Part shown: piece after piece, positions 1-9,338 of the stretch
How positions within the stretch are numbered: the stretch's first letter is position 1
How the letters are laid out: the number at the start of each line of letters is the position of its first letter
IMG/VR virus record: IMGVR_UViG_3300035181_001974
Source: a virus
DNA: 64,000 bases
Direction: 5' to 3' (one strand)
The notes under the pieces: model-generated
What the model saw: the letters and a program-made list of their open reading frames with translations, nothing else
Database searches by the model: none
What the model was told of the DNA's origin: nothing
Made by a program: the position numbers and the translations under genes

Positions 1-47
1 TTGCATGAACTGCGGAAACAGCAAATGCGGGTGAGATACTTACCTGC

Positions 48-470
48 ATGAGAATCACGCCTCGGCAGGCCGTCCGAATCAACGAGATCATTCAGGAAGA
101 AGTGCAAACGGCGCTGGAAAAGCGCCGTGAGCCCTCGTTCAAGGAAATGGTCAGTGGATTTGACACCGACACGCAGTTGGTCATCCAGGAACGTCTTTCG
201 CAGCTTGTCTTCGAAGAGGCGACCTCGGCGGTCGAGAATTTCCAAAAGAAGGCCTACGCAATCATCGCGGAGGAGACCTACCGGAAGTCTGATGGGTTGA
301 ACCGCATCACTCCTCGGACCCTCAAGGAATCGCTGGAGTACGTTGATGATCTCGAAGATCTCCGCGCAAATATTACCGTTGAGATCAGCTCGCGGTTGAA
401 CGACCTGTCAGACGGCATCTACGAGGCCGTGGCTTCTGTCATTGACCACAACGATTCAGAGGAACTGTGA
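48..470 (+). CDS. hypothetical protein (may begin upstream of window)
   Basis: 140-aa ORF in the co-directional gene array; no recognisable motifs. Confidence 0.3.
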   Translation: MRITPRQAVRINEIIQEEVQTALEKRREPSFKEMVSGFDTDTQLVIQERLSQLVFEEATSAVENFQKKAYAIIAEETYRKSDGLNRITPRTLKESLEYVDDLEDLRANITVEISSRLNDLSDGIYEAVASVIDHNDSEEL

Positions 471-826
471 TGAAGATCAAGTTGGGAACCCTACGTCGCC
501 TGATCCGCGAAAGTGTCATCTCCGAAGTCGGACTGTCGCCGGCGCTCTTTCGTGCCGGCAACACTGCCGTCAAGGATCCTCTCGAGTCGCAGAACATTTC
601 GCAGGCCTTGGGCAACCTCGAGCGCCACTTCAGTAATTCTGTGATGCATGCACTGCTGTTGGCACACGCCGACAAGTACGACGAGGGCTCACGTGAATTT
701 GACGATGCGACCTACGAGCAGTTGAAGCAGGCCGCCGAGGGCGCGACTGAGACCATGATGTCGCAGGTCGGTAGCGCGGTCAAGGGCGCCTGGGCTCGTG
801 CTCTGAAGGGCAAGTCGGAGTCCTGA
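467..826 (+). CDS. hypothetical protein with conserved N-terminal leader motif (MMKIKLGTLRRLIRES)
   Basis: 119-aa ORF; start overlaps upstream stop (ATGA); N-terminal motif shared with 826, 16120, 35035-38094(-), 50223, 52683, 42213. Confidence 0.45.
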   Translation: MMKIKLGTLRRLIRESVISEVGLSPALFRAGNTAVKDPLESQNISQALGNLERHFSNSVMHALLLAHADKYDEGSREFDDATYEQLKQAAEGATETMMSQVGSAVKGAWARALKGKSES

Positions 827-1089
827 TGAAGGTTCGTCTGGGAGATCTGAGGCAGATCATCTGCGAGGAGTTCATGCGCGGCGTCCCAGAGTTCATGGTG
901 CGTCAGGCGACGGACGACTGCACTGATCGGATCCGCCAGCACGTCAAGCGGTTCATCCAGCTTCGCGCTGAGAATCCGTCACAGGCCCGTGAGTTGATGC
1001 AGATCGCCAACAAGACACTGGCTGAGCTCGACGAGAAGATGTACGCTGTGGCTGAAGACGCCCTCTGGCAATTCATCCAGCAGACGTGA
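826..1089 (+). CDS. hypothetical protein with conserved N-terminal leader motif (MKVRLGDLRQIICEEF)
   Basis: 87-aa ORF, start overlaps previous stop; same N-terminal motif family. Confidence 0.45.
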   Translation: MKVRLGDLRQIICEEFMRGVPEFMVRQATDDCTDRIRQHVKRFIQLRAENPSQARELMQIANKTLAELDEKMYAVAEDALWQFIQQT

Positions 1090-1407
1090 GTTGAAACAGT
1101 CGACCTAACGTAGGTTATACTTCTTTCTCGTGGAGAGGGAATACTACGAGTGCCAGTGCGGTTGTGCTGAACACACGTTATGTATTGCAGTTGACACTGA
1201 AGACGGCCTCGTGACGACCGAGGTCTTTCTGTCGCACTATCATCCGTGGTATCGTTGCCTTTGGATTGCGGTGAAGTATGTTTTCGGCTTTCAGAGCAAG
1301 TCGGGCGCCTTTGGCGCCGTTCTGCTGCAGCCCGTGGATTACCCATGTCTCCACAATCTGTTCGAGTGATCTGAGGCCATCATCGATGCCAAGAAAGAGG
1401 ACACAGA

Positions 1408-2172
1408 ATGAAGCAGAAGAAATCCGCAAAAACCAGCAAAGGTTCTCAGCCCCAAGTTGAGGTGCCGACTATTTCTTCGCCTCCTCCGGAGCCCATCAAG
1501 ATCAAGGGCAAAGGCGCTGGTCCCAACACCGTCGAGCTGGTCGGCATCTACGGTGGCGATCAGAGCCATGCCATGTCAGCCTGGACCAGTACCTCGCGGG
1601 ATCTGACCGACGAGAAGCGTGCCCGACTTCCGAAGTTGTTGAAGGACCTCGCTTCTGCTGGTCACGAGACGCCTTTCGAGAAGTCGTCTCTGCACTTCCT
1701 GGTGACGACTGACATTGCCACGCACATCCACCTGATCAAGCACCGCATCGGCGTTTCTGTCAATGCAGAATCGGCTCGATATAAGGAGCTGAAGGACGAC
1801 AAGTACTACGTGCCATTCGATTGGGACGATGAAGAACGTGCTCGTTACATCGATCACATGGAACAGGCGATGGAACGCTACCATGAAACGTTGGAGCGAC
1901 TCGTGACCAAGGGAGTGCCACGCAAGCGCGCCAAGGAGACCGCGAGGTTCTATCTACCTTACGGCAATCAGATCACGGCTGACGTGATGTTCAACTTTCG
2001 AAGCTTCGTCCACTTCCTGAGGCTGCGCTACTCGAAGCACGCTCAGGTCGAAGTGCGGCACATCGCGGAAGCGATGCTGAAGCTCGCCCAGATGACCGGA
2101 CAATTTCAGGCCAGCCTCGAGGCGTTCGAGCTGGTGATGCCTGACGGCAATCTCCGCGCACTGTACGTCTGA
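1408..2172 (+). CDS. thyX: flavin-dependent thymidylate synthase ThyX
   Basis: ThyX signature RHR...S.R present (HLIKHRIGVSVNAESARY); 254 aa, typical size. Confidence 0.85.
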   Translation: MKQKKSAKTSKGSQPQVEVPTISSPPPEPIKIKGKGAGPNTVELVGIYGGDQSHAMSAWTSTSRDLTDEKRARLPKLLKDLASAGHETPFEKSSLHFLVTTDIATHIHLIKHRIGVSVNAESARYKELKDDKYYVPFDWDDEERARYIDHMEQAMERYHETLERLVTKGVPRKRAKETARFYLPYGNQITADVMFNFRSFVHFLRLRYSKHAQVEVRHIAEAMLKLAQMTGQFQASLEAFELVMPDGNLRALYV

Positions 2173-2180
2173 GGAAACAC

Positions 2181-2762
2181 ATGGCCAAGTTGATCGTCAT
2201 TGAGGGCCCTGACAAGGTGGGCAAGGAGACGCAGTCAAAGCTGTTGACTGCATATTTGAAGCACAATGGTCACCGCGCAACTCTCGTTGAAGTACCATTC
2301 AACGACAACTTTACGCACAAGGCCATCTACTGGATGTTGAGAAAAGGTATTGCCAAGTCGATGCCCAATCTCTTTCAGTGGACGCAGTACATCAACAAGC
2401 GAATCTTTCAAACCTATCAGCTGCCCGAACTCGAGGCCGACAATGACTTTGTCGTGCTCGATCGTTGGGCGCTGTCGGCCATCGTCTACGGTTGTGCAGG
2501 CGGGGCAAATCCCCAATGGACCCGTGAACTGTGTTCACGCCTCCGTAAGCCCGACCTGACAATCGTATTGCACGGTCGATCTCACATCGATCGCAAGGAT
2601 GACGTCTATGAGAAGGATGACACCCTCCAGGCTCGTGTTCGAGTCCTTTACGCAGATCACGGGAAGCATGATCCCGACACGGTGCTAGTGTCTTGTGAGG
2701 GCACTCGCGTCAATGTTCATGAGCGAGTCATTGAACAGGTCAAGAAGCACGGCCTTCTTTGA
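2181..2762 (+). CDS. tmk: thymidylate kinase-like dNMP kinase
   Basis: P-loop IVIEGPDKVGKETQ resembling Tmk IEGxxGxGKTT; DRWALSAIVYG resembles the Tmk DR..S..AYQ motif. Confidence 0.65.
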   Translation: MAKLIVIEGPDKVGKETQSKLLTAYLKHNGHRATLVEVPFNDNFTHKAIYWMLRKGIAKSMPNLFQWTQYINKRIFQTYQLPELEADNDFVVLDRWALSAIVYGCAGGANPQWTRELCSRLRKPDLTIVLHGRSHIDRKDDVYEKDDTLQARVRVLYADHGKHDPDTVLVSCEGTRVNVHERVIEQVKKHGLL

Positions 2763-2783
2763 TCACCCGTCAGATGAAGGAGT

Positions 2784-3044
2784 ATGATACGAACCATGAG
2801 CCACAAACTGAATGACACCGTTATCGCGCGTATTGCCCAGATCGTCCAGGAGGGCATGATCCTTGGCATTGACGTCGTCGATCTGATGCGCCAGATCGAG
2901 GTTGAACCTGCCGGCGATGGCGAGACGTTGACCTTGACCCCCGCCTACGTGGCATCCATCAAGCAGATGCACGAGAAGTTGCTCGCGGAAGCGCAGGAGC
3001 ATCAGCAGGCCCGTCAGGGTTCGAGCGTCATCTTCAAGAGTTGA
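2784..3044 (+). CDS. hypothetical protein
   Basis: 86-aa ORF, co-directional, no motif. Confidence 0.3.
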   Translation: MIRTMSHKLNDTVIARIAQIVQEGMILGIDVVDLMRQIEVEPAGDGETLTLTPAYVASIKQMHEKLLAEAQEHQQARQGSSVIFKS

Positions 3045-3119
3045 TCGTGGAAGAGTTGTCTTGGTGGCAGATCCTGTTCATCGGAGTGATGCTCTTCCCG
3101 TGCATGATGTTCAGAGAGG

Positions 3120-3488
3120 ATGACCTACCCGATGAGTGATCCCGAGATCATCAAGCGCCTCAACGCCGGTTCTTGGATTCAACACTTCACGGCCGGCCAA
3201 CGCTACATGCATCACAGTCAGGTCAATGATCTCTTCCGAGAGCTCAGTGACGTCCTCGACTGGATGAGTTACACTGACATCGTCCTGTTCCAGGCCGGCG
3301 CTGATCCACACATCAATGACCCGTATGGCGGGTGGATGACAACGGAACAGTTGCGACTCCGAGACGCAATGGTCTTCGATGACCTAGCCAAAAGTCGCAC
3401 TCCAGTGGCCTGGACCTCGCAGGCGGCTATCAGACTGAGAAGGATGGTAGCATCCCAAAGGTGCTCGAGATCCACGATAACACGATAA
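3120..3488 (+). CDS. hypothetical protein
   Basis: 122-aa ORF. Confidence 0.3.
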   Translation: MTYPMSDPEIIKRLNAGSWIQHFTAGQRYMHHSQVNDLFRELSDVLDWMSYTDIVLFQAGADPHINDPYGGWMTTEQLRLRDAMVFDDLAKSRTPVAWTSQAAIRLRRMVASQRCSRSTITR

Positions 3489-3503
3489 CACGATAACACG
3501 ATG
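3473..3503. repeat. direct tandem repeat (CACGATAA) x ~4
   Basis: read directly: cacgataa cacgataa cacgataa cacgatg, ending 6 nt before the ATG at 3509. Confidence 0.7.
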
Positions 3504-3508
3504 CGCGA

Positions 3509-3895
3509 ATGCGTGAGGGTGTACGGATGACCGATCGTTTGCAGATGCTTTGGGACCAACAGGAGTCGTTCATGAGGCTCCTGCAGAAGAAGCGCGGTTT
3601 CCCGGACTTCCCGACTGACATTACGTCGAAGCAAGGGCAGAAGTTCCTGAAGGACATTCGCAATCACATCATGGAGGAACTGTTTGAGGCCGGGCAGCAT
3701 CTCAAGAATGCAAAGTCACACCGGGCGACTGAACTTCCTCACGTGGACCGCGAGGAATACAAAGAAGAGCTAGTCGATGCTCTGCATCTCTACCTCGAGC
3801 TCGTCATCGCCTCAGGTATCACATTGGATGAACTGTTCGAGGCTTACCTCGAAAAGGGTCGCACCAACGTGGAGCGCATCGAAAATGGCTATTGA
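3509..3895 (+). CDS. all-alpha NTP pyrophosphatase (MazG / dimeric dUTPase / dCTPase-like)
   Basis: 128 aa, helical, acidic EE..E pattern (IMEELFEA, VDREEYKEELVDALHLYLELV) typical of the MazG/dimeric dUTPase superfamily to which T4 gp56 dCTPase belongs. Confidence 0.5.
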   Translation: MREGVRMTDRLQMLWDQQESFMRLLQKKRGFPDFPTDITSKQGQKFLKDIRNHIMEELFEAGQHLKNAKSHRATELPHVDREEYKEELVDALHLYLELVIASGITLDELFEAYLEKGRTNVERIENGY

Positions 3896-3910
3896 CTGAT
3901 ACGGTTTATC

Positions 3911-4372
3911 ATGCTCTCTCAATTTCTCGAATTTTTCAAGCGGACCTTCTGGTCACCCAAACCTCAGGCTCGAGTCATCGAAGTCAAGCCAGAGGATGAG
4001 AAGTTTCGCCCGCAGCGCAGAAATCGATGGGTCCTTGCAATCGAAGGTCTGGACACGTTCCTCGTTAAGAGCGCTCAGCTGCCGATGCTTTGGGCCGCAG
4101 CAGACCGCCAGTCATTCTTGACAGCGCAGTTTTACGAGATCGAAGGGCAATCGATCTACTCACAGTTTCAGGAGTGGTGTCAAGAGAAGAAGTCGCGCCA
4201 AGCCGTCTTCAAGTTCATCAATGCCGCCGGCAGCGCGACTGAAGTATGGACCATGACAGTCAAGCCACTGCACGCCACACCGCAGTTTCTTGACTACGGC
4301 GACCCGTCTCCCGTTATCACTGAGGTGGTGATGCAGGTCGAGAACATTCGCGTCGAAGTCACTGACGCTTGA
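3911..4372 (+). CDS. hypothetical protein
   Basis: 153-aa ORF. Confidence 0.35.
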   Translation: MLSQFLEFFKRTFWSPKPQARVIEVKPEDEKFRPQRRNRWVLAIEGLDTFLVKSAQLPMLWAAADRQSFLTAQFYEIEGQSIYSQFQEWCQEKKSRQAVFKFINAAGSATEVWTMTVKPLHATPQFLDYGDPSPVITEVVMQVENIRVEVTDA

Positions 4373-4628
4373 ACTTGATGCCCTTCATCACAAAGTAGGT
4401 TGAGATCAAGTCAAGCGCGTCAGACCAGTCGTTTTTGTCTTTGGCCTTTTCGACGGCAGTGTCGACCTCTTCCTGAGTGGCCTGCATCTTCTCGCCTGCC
4501 CATAGCAACATGTCGATGAATGCGTCGGCCTGCTTCTTGTCCTTGGGGACCTGCAGGTTGACAGGCGCCTCGCTCAGCATGATTTCGCTGATGAACTCAC
4601 GAAGTAGCGCGAGGGTGGATTTCGACAT
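4359..4628 (-). CDS. hypothetical small protein (only clear minus-strand gene in this region)
   Basis: 89-aa ORF, not overlapped by a stronger plus-strand ORF; convergent with 3911..4372. Confidence 0.35.
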   Translation of the reverse strand: MSKSTLALLREFISEIMLSEAPVNLQVPKDKKQADAFIDMLLWAGEKMQATQEEVDTAVEKAKDKNDWSDALDLISTYFVMKGIKFKRQ

Positions 4629-4720
4629 GACTATAAGTAGGCCTTTCGGGCCCGCGAGTGCCTGTGCACAATCGTTACTCGTTGGGGTAGGATGAAAGTA
4701 CCCTTACGGGAGGTGAAGAC

Positions 4721-5677
4721 ATGGACTTTGACGTCAAAAAGCGCACAATCCTCTACGTTCGGCACGGTTCTCACGCCTATGGCCTGAACGTCGCCACCTC
4801 TGACGAGGACTTCAAGGGCGTTGCCATCGCTCCCAAGGAGTACTACTTGGGCTTCATGAAGACGTTCGAGCAGGCGGAACACATGGGTTCCAAGAGCGAC
4901 GGCGTCGACTCGGTAACCTATGCCCTCAACAAGTTTGCTAGGCTCGCTGCCGACTGCAACCCGAACATCATCGAGATCCTCCACGTGGCCGACAGGCACG
5001 TGTTGAAGATCGACGAGTTCGGCGAAGAGTTGCGCAGCATCAAGGACGAGTTCTTGTCCAAGAAGGCGAAGTTCACCTTCTCGGGCTATGCCCATGCCCA
5101 GCTGCAGCGCATCAAGACGCATCGCTCGTGGTTGCTCAACCCGCCCAAGGAAGCTCCTTCGAGGAAGTCATTCGGACTTTCCGAGACGAGCAAGGTCTCG
5201 AAGTCGGAGTTGGGTGCCTACGATGCGGCAGTCGCCGACGGGATTGAGCTGGACCTGCCCAAGGACGTGCTGACCCTGTTCACGCGGGAGAAGCAGTATC
5301 AGGCTGCGAAGACGCACTACGACCAGTACGTCAACTGGCTCAAGACTCGGAACCCAGCTCGTGCCGAGCTTGAGGCCAAGTGGGGTTTTGACGTGAAACA
5401 TGGCATGCACCTGATTCGCCTCAAGACCATGGCCGTTGAAATCCTCGAAGACCATAAGGTCTACGTGGACCGTCAGGAACGTGGCGACCGCGAAGAGATC
5501 CTGGCGTATCGCCGGGGCGAGCACGACTACGATGCCCTGATTGAGCGTGCCGATGCACTGGAGAAACGTGCCAACGAGCTCTATGAGACCTCAACCCTGC
5601 GTCGAGAGCCCGACCGTAAGCTCATCGACAAATTCGTGGTGTCGATGACGGAGCGGTACCTGACGCTCCACGGCTGA
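4721..5677 (+). CDS. Pol-beta superfamily nucleotidyltransferase (RlaP-like, RNA-repair associated)
   Basis: N-terminal YVRHGSHAYGLNVATSDEDFKGV fits the nucleotidyltransferase GS...D.D fold motif; sits next to pnkp and near an RNA ligase. Confidence 0.5.
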   Translation: MDFDVKKRTILYVRHGSHAYGLNVATSDEDFKGVAIAPKEYYLGFMKTFEQAEHMGSKSDGVDSVTYALNKFARLAADCNPNIIEILHVADRHVLKIDEFGEELRSIKDEFLSKKAKFTFSGYAHAQLQRIKTHRSWLLNPPKEAPSRKSFGLSETSKVSKSELGAYDAAVADGIELDLPKDVLTLFTREKQYQAAKTHYDQYVNWLKTRNPARAELEAKWGFDVKHGMHLIRLKTMAVEILEDHKVYVDRQERGDREEILAYRRGEHDYDALIERADALEKRANELYETSTLRREPDRKLIDKFVVSMTERYLTLHG

Positions 5678-5693
5678 CAACAAACGCAGCGAA

Positions 5694-5723
5694 TCAATGC
5701 GGGTCAGAGACGGCCCGCATTGA
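5694..5723 (+). terminator. hairpin downstream of 4721..5677 (possible intrinsic terminator)
   Basis: tcaatgcggg / cccgcattga 10-bp perfect inverted repeat with a 10-nt loop, followed by tgttgtg (weak U tract). Confidence 0.35.
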
Positions 5724-5763
5724 TGTTGTGCAAAACAACCATCACAGAGAATAGAGTCAAGGT

Positions 5764-6768
5764 ATGCGTACTCTCGTGATTTTCAAGGGCCTGCCGGGTT
5801 CCGGTAAGTCGACCGAAGCCGCGGCGCTGGTGAAGCGCGAGCCCAAGCGTTGGGTGCGCATCAACCGCGATGATTTGCGCGGCATGTGCGTGGGCCCTGG
5901 CAACAACCCACACGCTCGTGACAACTCTCGTGAGGACCTTGTTCGCTCAATGAAGGAAGCGCTGATGCGTCAGGCCTTCGACGCGGGTTACGATGTCATC
6001 CTGGATGACACGCACCTGGTGCCGATGACCGTCAAGAAGCTGCACGCTGCGGCTGCGAGCTATGGCGACGTCAAGGTCATCGAGAAGGGTGTCAATGTTG
6101 ATGTCAAGACCTGCATCGCTCGCGATGCACAGCGCACCGGGTTCGCTCATGTGGGTGAGAAGATCATCCTTGACATGGCCCGTGGCGCTGGCCTCGACAA
6201 GGGGCGCAAGCTCTCCGACAAGGAGTGCTACTACGAACCGCGGCCGGACTCGTTCCGAGTCATCATCCAGGACGAGAGCCTGCCGAAGGCGATCATGTGT
6301 GACCTCGATGGGACGTTGGCCATCATCGGCAACCGCACGCCATACGATGCGTCGAACTGCGACGAGATCGACAAGCCCAATTGGCCGGTGATCCGAACAG
6401 TCCTGGCGATGCACGCTCAGGGCTACAAGATCATGTTCATGTCGGGCCGCGACCAGAAGTACCGTCCCGAGACGCAGCGCTTCATTGAGAAGTACTGCCG
6501 CGTCGCCAACCCAGCATTCACGCAGGACATGGTGGAGACATCTGCGACCATGCCTATCCCGTACGAGCTGCACATGCGTGGCGAGACTGCGCCCGATCCG
6601 GGAAAGCTCGACCAGCGCAAGGACGCCGTCATCAAGCAGGAGCTGTTCGACAAGTTCGTGGCCGGTAAGTACCACGTGGACTTCGTCCTCGATGATCGCA
6701 ATCAGGTCGTCGACTTCTGGCGCAGCATCGGCCTGACCTGTTTTCAAGTAGCCCCAGGTGCGTTCTAG
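5764..6768 (+). CDS. pnkp: polynucleotide 5'-kinase / 3'-phosphatase (T4 PseT-like)
   Basis: N-terminal Walker A FKGLPGSGKST; C-terminal HAD phosphatase motif MCDLDGTLAI; two-domain layout like T4 Pnkp. Confidence 0.8.
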   Translation: MRTLVIFKGLPGSGKSTEAAALVKREPKRWVRINRDDLRGMCVGPGNNPHARDNSREDLVRSMKEALMRQAFDAGYDVILDDTHLVPMTVKKLHAAAASYGDVKVIEKGVNVDVKTCIARDAQRTGFAHVGEKIILDMARGAGLDKGRKLSDKECYYEPRPDSFRVIIQDESLPKAIMCDLDGTLAIIGNRTPYDASNCDEIDKPNWPVIRTVLAMHAQGYKIMFMSGRDQKYRPETQRFIEKYCRVANPAFTQDMVETSATMPIPYELHMRGETAPDPGKLDQRKDAVIKQELFDKFVAGKYHVDFVLDDRNQVVDFWRSIGLTCFQVAPGAF

Positions 6769-7175
6769 GAGGATTTACGGGTCATCTTCTGGTGGCTGGG
6801 TTCACCGTACTTCGAACAGCGATGAGATTTTCGCATCTTTGCGCGAGTTTTATCGCTGTGTCGTTTTCCTAACATGGGCCGTAACTTGCTGAAAGTAATG
6901 CGTTGTTCACGTGCTTTCTGTCGATCTTCTTCGCTAAAATTGTATGTCAGACCGCGCATGCCTTTGTTCCACTGAGTCTTTCCTTTCCGACTCTCACTGA
7001 TTTTGCGGGTTTCCTCGCTACACTGACAACCTTCACGCTGATCACGAAACCGGCGCCGGTCACTGTGGATCAACTTGCACCAAATTGTTGGCGGCAAAAG
7101 TTCGAGATCTCGAAGAACGACTTGCTTCGCTTGAAGACTGGCGACATCGATGAGTCCTGAAAACTGCAAGCGCAT
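6765..7175 (-). CDS. NUMOD3-repeat DNA-binding protein (homing-endonuclease-like remnant?)
   Basis: three NUMOD3-like repeats (CSEETRKISESRKGK, FSEEDRQKAREQRITFSK, GKRHSDKTRAKMRKSH); no catalytic nuclease motif recognisable. Confidence 0.4.
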   Translation of the reverse strand: MRLQFSGLIDVASLQAKQVVLRDLELLPPTIWCKLIHSDRRRFRDQREGCQCSEETRKISESRKGKTQWNKGMRGLTYNFSEEDRQKAREQRITFSKLRPMLGKRHSDKTRAKMRKSHRCSKYGEPSHQKMTRKSS

Positions 7176-7381
7176 CCAGGAAGCCGTGAAGGAGGCGGGA
7201 GCCCACCTCGACGGGAAGCTTCCGCTTCATCCCGGACTCGCGAAGCGTAACTCTTATGCTCACCTCTGGGAACGCATCAAGTCAACGAAGGGGAAGAGCT
7301 ACAAGGACTGCGGAGACGATGAGGTCGATGAGATCCTCACCATTGTGAAGCATTACCGCGACAACCCCTGCTGAGGATGCC

Positions 7382-7711
7382 ATGCCGAAGAAGTACATGG
7401 ACGATTACAACTACCACGACTGGACGCAGTTCATGGTCGATCGTCCTGAGAAGAAGCCCAAGGGTCCGCATTTCGCTGCCGTCCTGTTCGACACCCGGAC
7501 GGAGTGGATGCCGGCCTACGATTCTCACGATAGCGATTCATCGTCGACGGTGCCTGACATTCACTACTTTGCCTTCCCTGACAAGGAAACGCTCGGTGAG
7601 TGGGTCCTACGTGCGGCCAGGGACAAGAAGAACTTTTTCTTTTTCGAGGTCAGACAGTTGGGTAATGCACAACTGCAGGTCAGCGTCGACCTGGGTCTCG
7701 GTAGCTCGTAG
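7382..7711 (+). CDS. hypothetical protein
   Basis: 109-aa ORF; overlapping 7377..7847 frame is low-complexity and likely spurious. Confidence 0.35.
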   Translation: MPKKYMDDYNYHDWTQFMVDRPEKKPKGPHFAAVLFDTRTEWMPAYDSHDSDSSSTVPDIHYFAFPDKETLGEWVLRAARDKKNFFFFEVRQLGNAQLQVSVDLGLGSS

Positions 7712-8450
7712 ACCACGTGCTACGGCAGCGGCTACGATCCCTACAAGTGAAATCGAGGATGAGGCTCTTCGCGATCTTCTGCTAGGGACAATACGTGTAG
7801 GAAGCACGCAGTTCCTGGTCGGGTGGCGGCCTCGCGTGGATGTCTGATCACAAGCGCGCTTGGCTCTATACGACAGAGCAAGAATACAAGCGTCACCTTG
7901 GAATGGCTGCGAGCACCTGTGACGACTAGGGACCCTGGCCGGAGATCCACGAGTTCGAGATCACCCACGTCCAGACGATCGACGTCTCCGAGAGGCTGGC
8001 AAAGAATCGCTTTCGCTATCGAAATGCCGAGGCGACACGCAATGCCTATCGGCAGAAGCTCCGGCAGTTTGAGGATGCTCAACGCGTGGCATTCCTCGAG
8101 GATGAACTACGTTGGGCAAAAGAGTGCGCGGGTATGTAACTTCACGATTCAGTGGAATAGAATTGTAACATGTTGAAGTGCGGTGACCAGGTCAAGATGA
8201 CCGAGGAGTTCAAGGTGATTCTTCGTGGGCAGTGCACTCCGTGAAATCACAAGGGACTTCGAGGTCCTGCCGATTCAGAGCTGCCCGACGAGGGCTGCAT
8301 TTCCTGCTCGACCTCACGCGTAGATGAGTTCGGCGAGTGTCTTGGCATCGTCGGTGACTTTACGTATGAGGATGCGAAAGACTTCGTTGACGTTCGCTTG
8401 CAATCCAGCGGCCTGCGCTACGGATACGAACAGAAACATCTGGTGAAGCT

Positions 8451-9338
8451 ATGAGCGAGATGAAAAAGTTCCCGCGCACAAGACACATTCGTGGTTCGCG
8501 GTTCCAACATGGGGACGACGACCTCGAGGCCGTCCCGTGGGAGGAGCTCGCCGGCAAACACCTCCTCATCGAGGAGAAGATCGACGGTGCTAACGTCGGC
8601 ATTTCCTTCGTCGACGGTGAGATGAAGCTACAGTCGCGTGGGCACTACCTTCATGGAGGTCCCCGTGAAAAGCAGTTCGAACTGTTGAAACAGTGGGCAG
8701 CGACACATGAGATGGGTTTGTACGAGATGCTTGGCGAACGCTACGTGATGTACGGTGAGTGGATGTTCGCCTGTCACACGATCTGGTACGACAGGCTACC
8801 ACACTACTTCATGGAGTTCGACGTCTTCGACAGGGAGACCGACACGTTCCTGTCGACACCCGCCCGTGACGAGTTGCTGAGACGCACGTCTGCACCCGTC
8901 AGGATCGTGCCTGTGCGGGTGATCGCAACTGGCCTTGTGTCGGGCGTCGAAGAGCTGAAGTCTATGATCGGCCCGTCTGCGTTTGTGAGCGAGGGAAAGT
9001 CACGTCACAACGACTCGTTGCTGTCGTGCGAGTCTTCGTGGTACGATGCTGTTGTTGTGTGTAACGTCCTGGGTAAGAGGGGACACTACGTGTTCCAGCA
9101 GGACGAGTGGATCGCCAGATGTGAAGAGCTGCGAAAGAAGTACTACGTCGGTCCCACGATGGAGGGCCTCTACGTCAAGTGGGAGAAGGACGGTATCGTG
9201 AAGGGCCGCTACAAGTTCGTGCGTGACGACTTCGTCAGCCACATCGCGGGGCAAGACGAACACTGGCACGACAGACCCATCTTGCAGAACGGCCTGATTC
9301 CAGGTGCGCTGGAGCACATGTTCAGGAGCGACACGTGA
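8451..9338 (+). CDS. rnl: ATP-dependent RNA ligase (Rnl2-like)
   Basis: ligase motif I KxDG in LLIEEKIDGANVGISF; motif IV-like YGEWM; size ~295 aa. Confidence 0.75.
   Translation: MSEMKKFPRTRHIRGSRFQHGDDDLEAVPWEELAGKHLLIEEKIDGANVGISFVDGEMKLQSRGHYLHGGPREKQFELLKQWAATHEMGLYEMLGERYVMYGEWMFACHTIWYDRLPHYFMEFDVFDRETDTFLSTPARDELLRRTSAPVRIVPVRVIATGLVSGVEELKSMIGPSAFVSEGKSRHNDSLLSCESSWYDAVVVCNVLGKRGHYVFQQDEWIARCEELRKKYYVGPTMEGLYVKWEKDGIVKGRYKFVRDDFVSHIAGQDEHWHDRPILQNGLIPGALEHMFRSDT

Noticed and set aside
903-1346. 147-aa minus-strand ORF and other overlapping alternative-frame ORFs (e.g. 6062..6391, 7377..7847, 19581..19850, 21236..21559, 50245..50634)
   Set aside because: Low-complexity Arg/Ser/Pro-rich translations overlapping well-supported genes; treated as frame artefacts.
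3473-3503. Possible CRISPR array
   Set aside because: 8-bp units without spacers; not CRISPR-like.
4631-5122. 163-aa minus-strand ORF inside the RlaP-like gene
   Set aside because: Fully overlapped by the stronger plus-strand ORF; no motifs.
5947-6747. 266-aa minus-strand ORF lying wholly inside the pnkp gene
   Set aside because: Antisense to a gene with clear Walker A and HAD motifs; Arg/Leu/Val-rich composition typical of spurious reverse-frame ORFs in GC-rich DNA.
8177-8450. ORF-free gap inspected for tRNA or ncRNA
   Set aside because: No T-loop-like GTTCGAATC/GTTCAAATC core or cloverleaf symmetry seen by eye; the same applies to gaps 44845..45124 and 40270..40547. No tRNA called.
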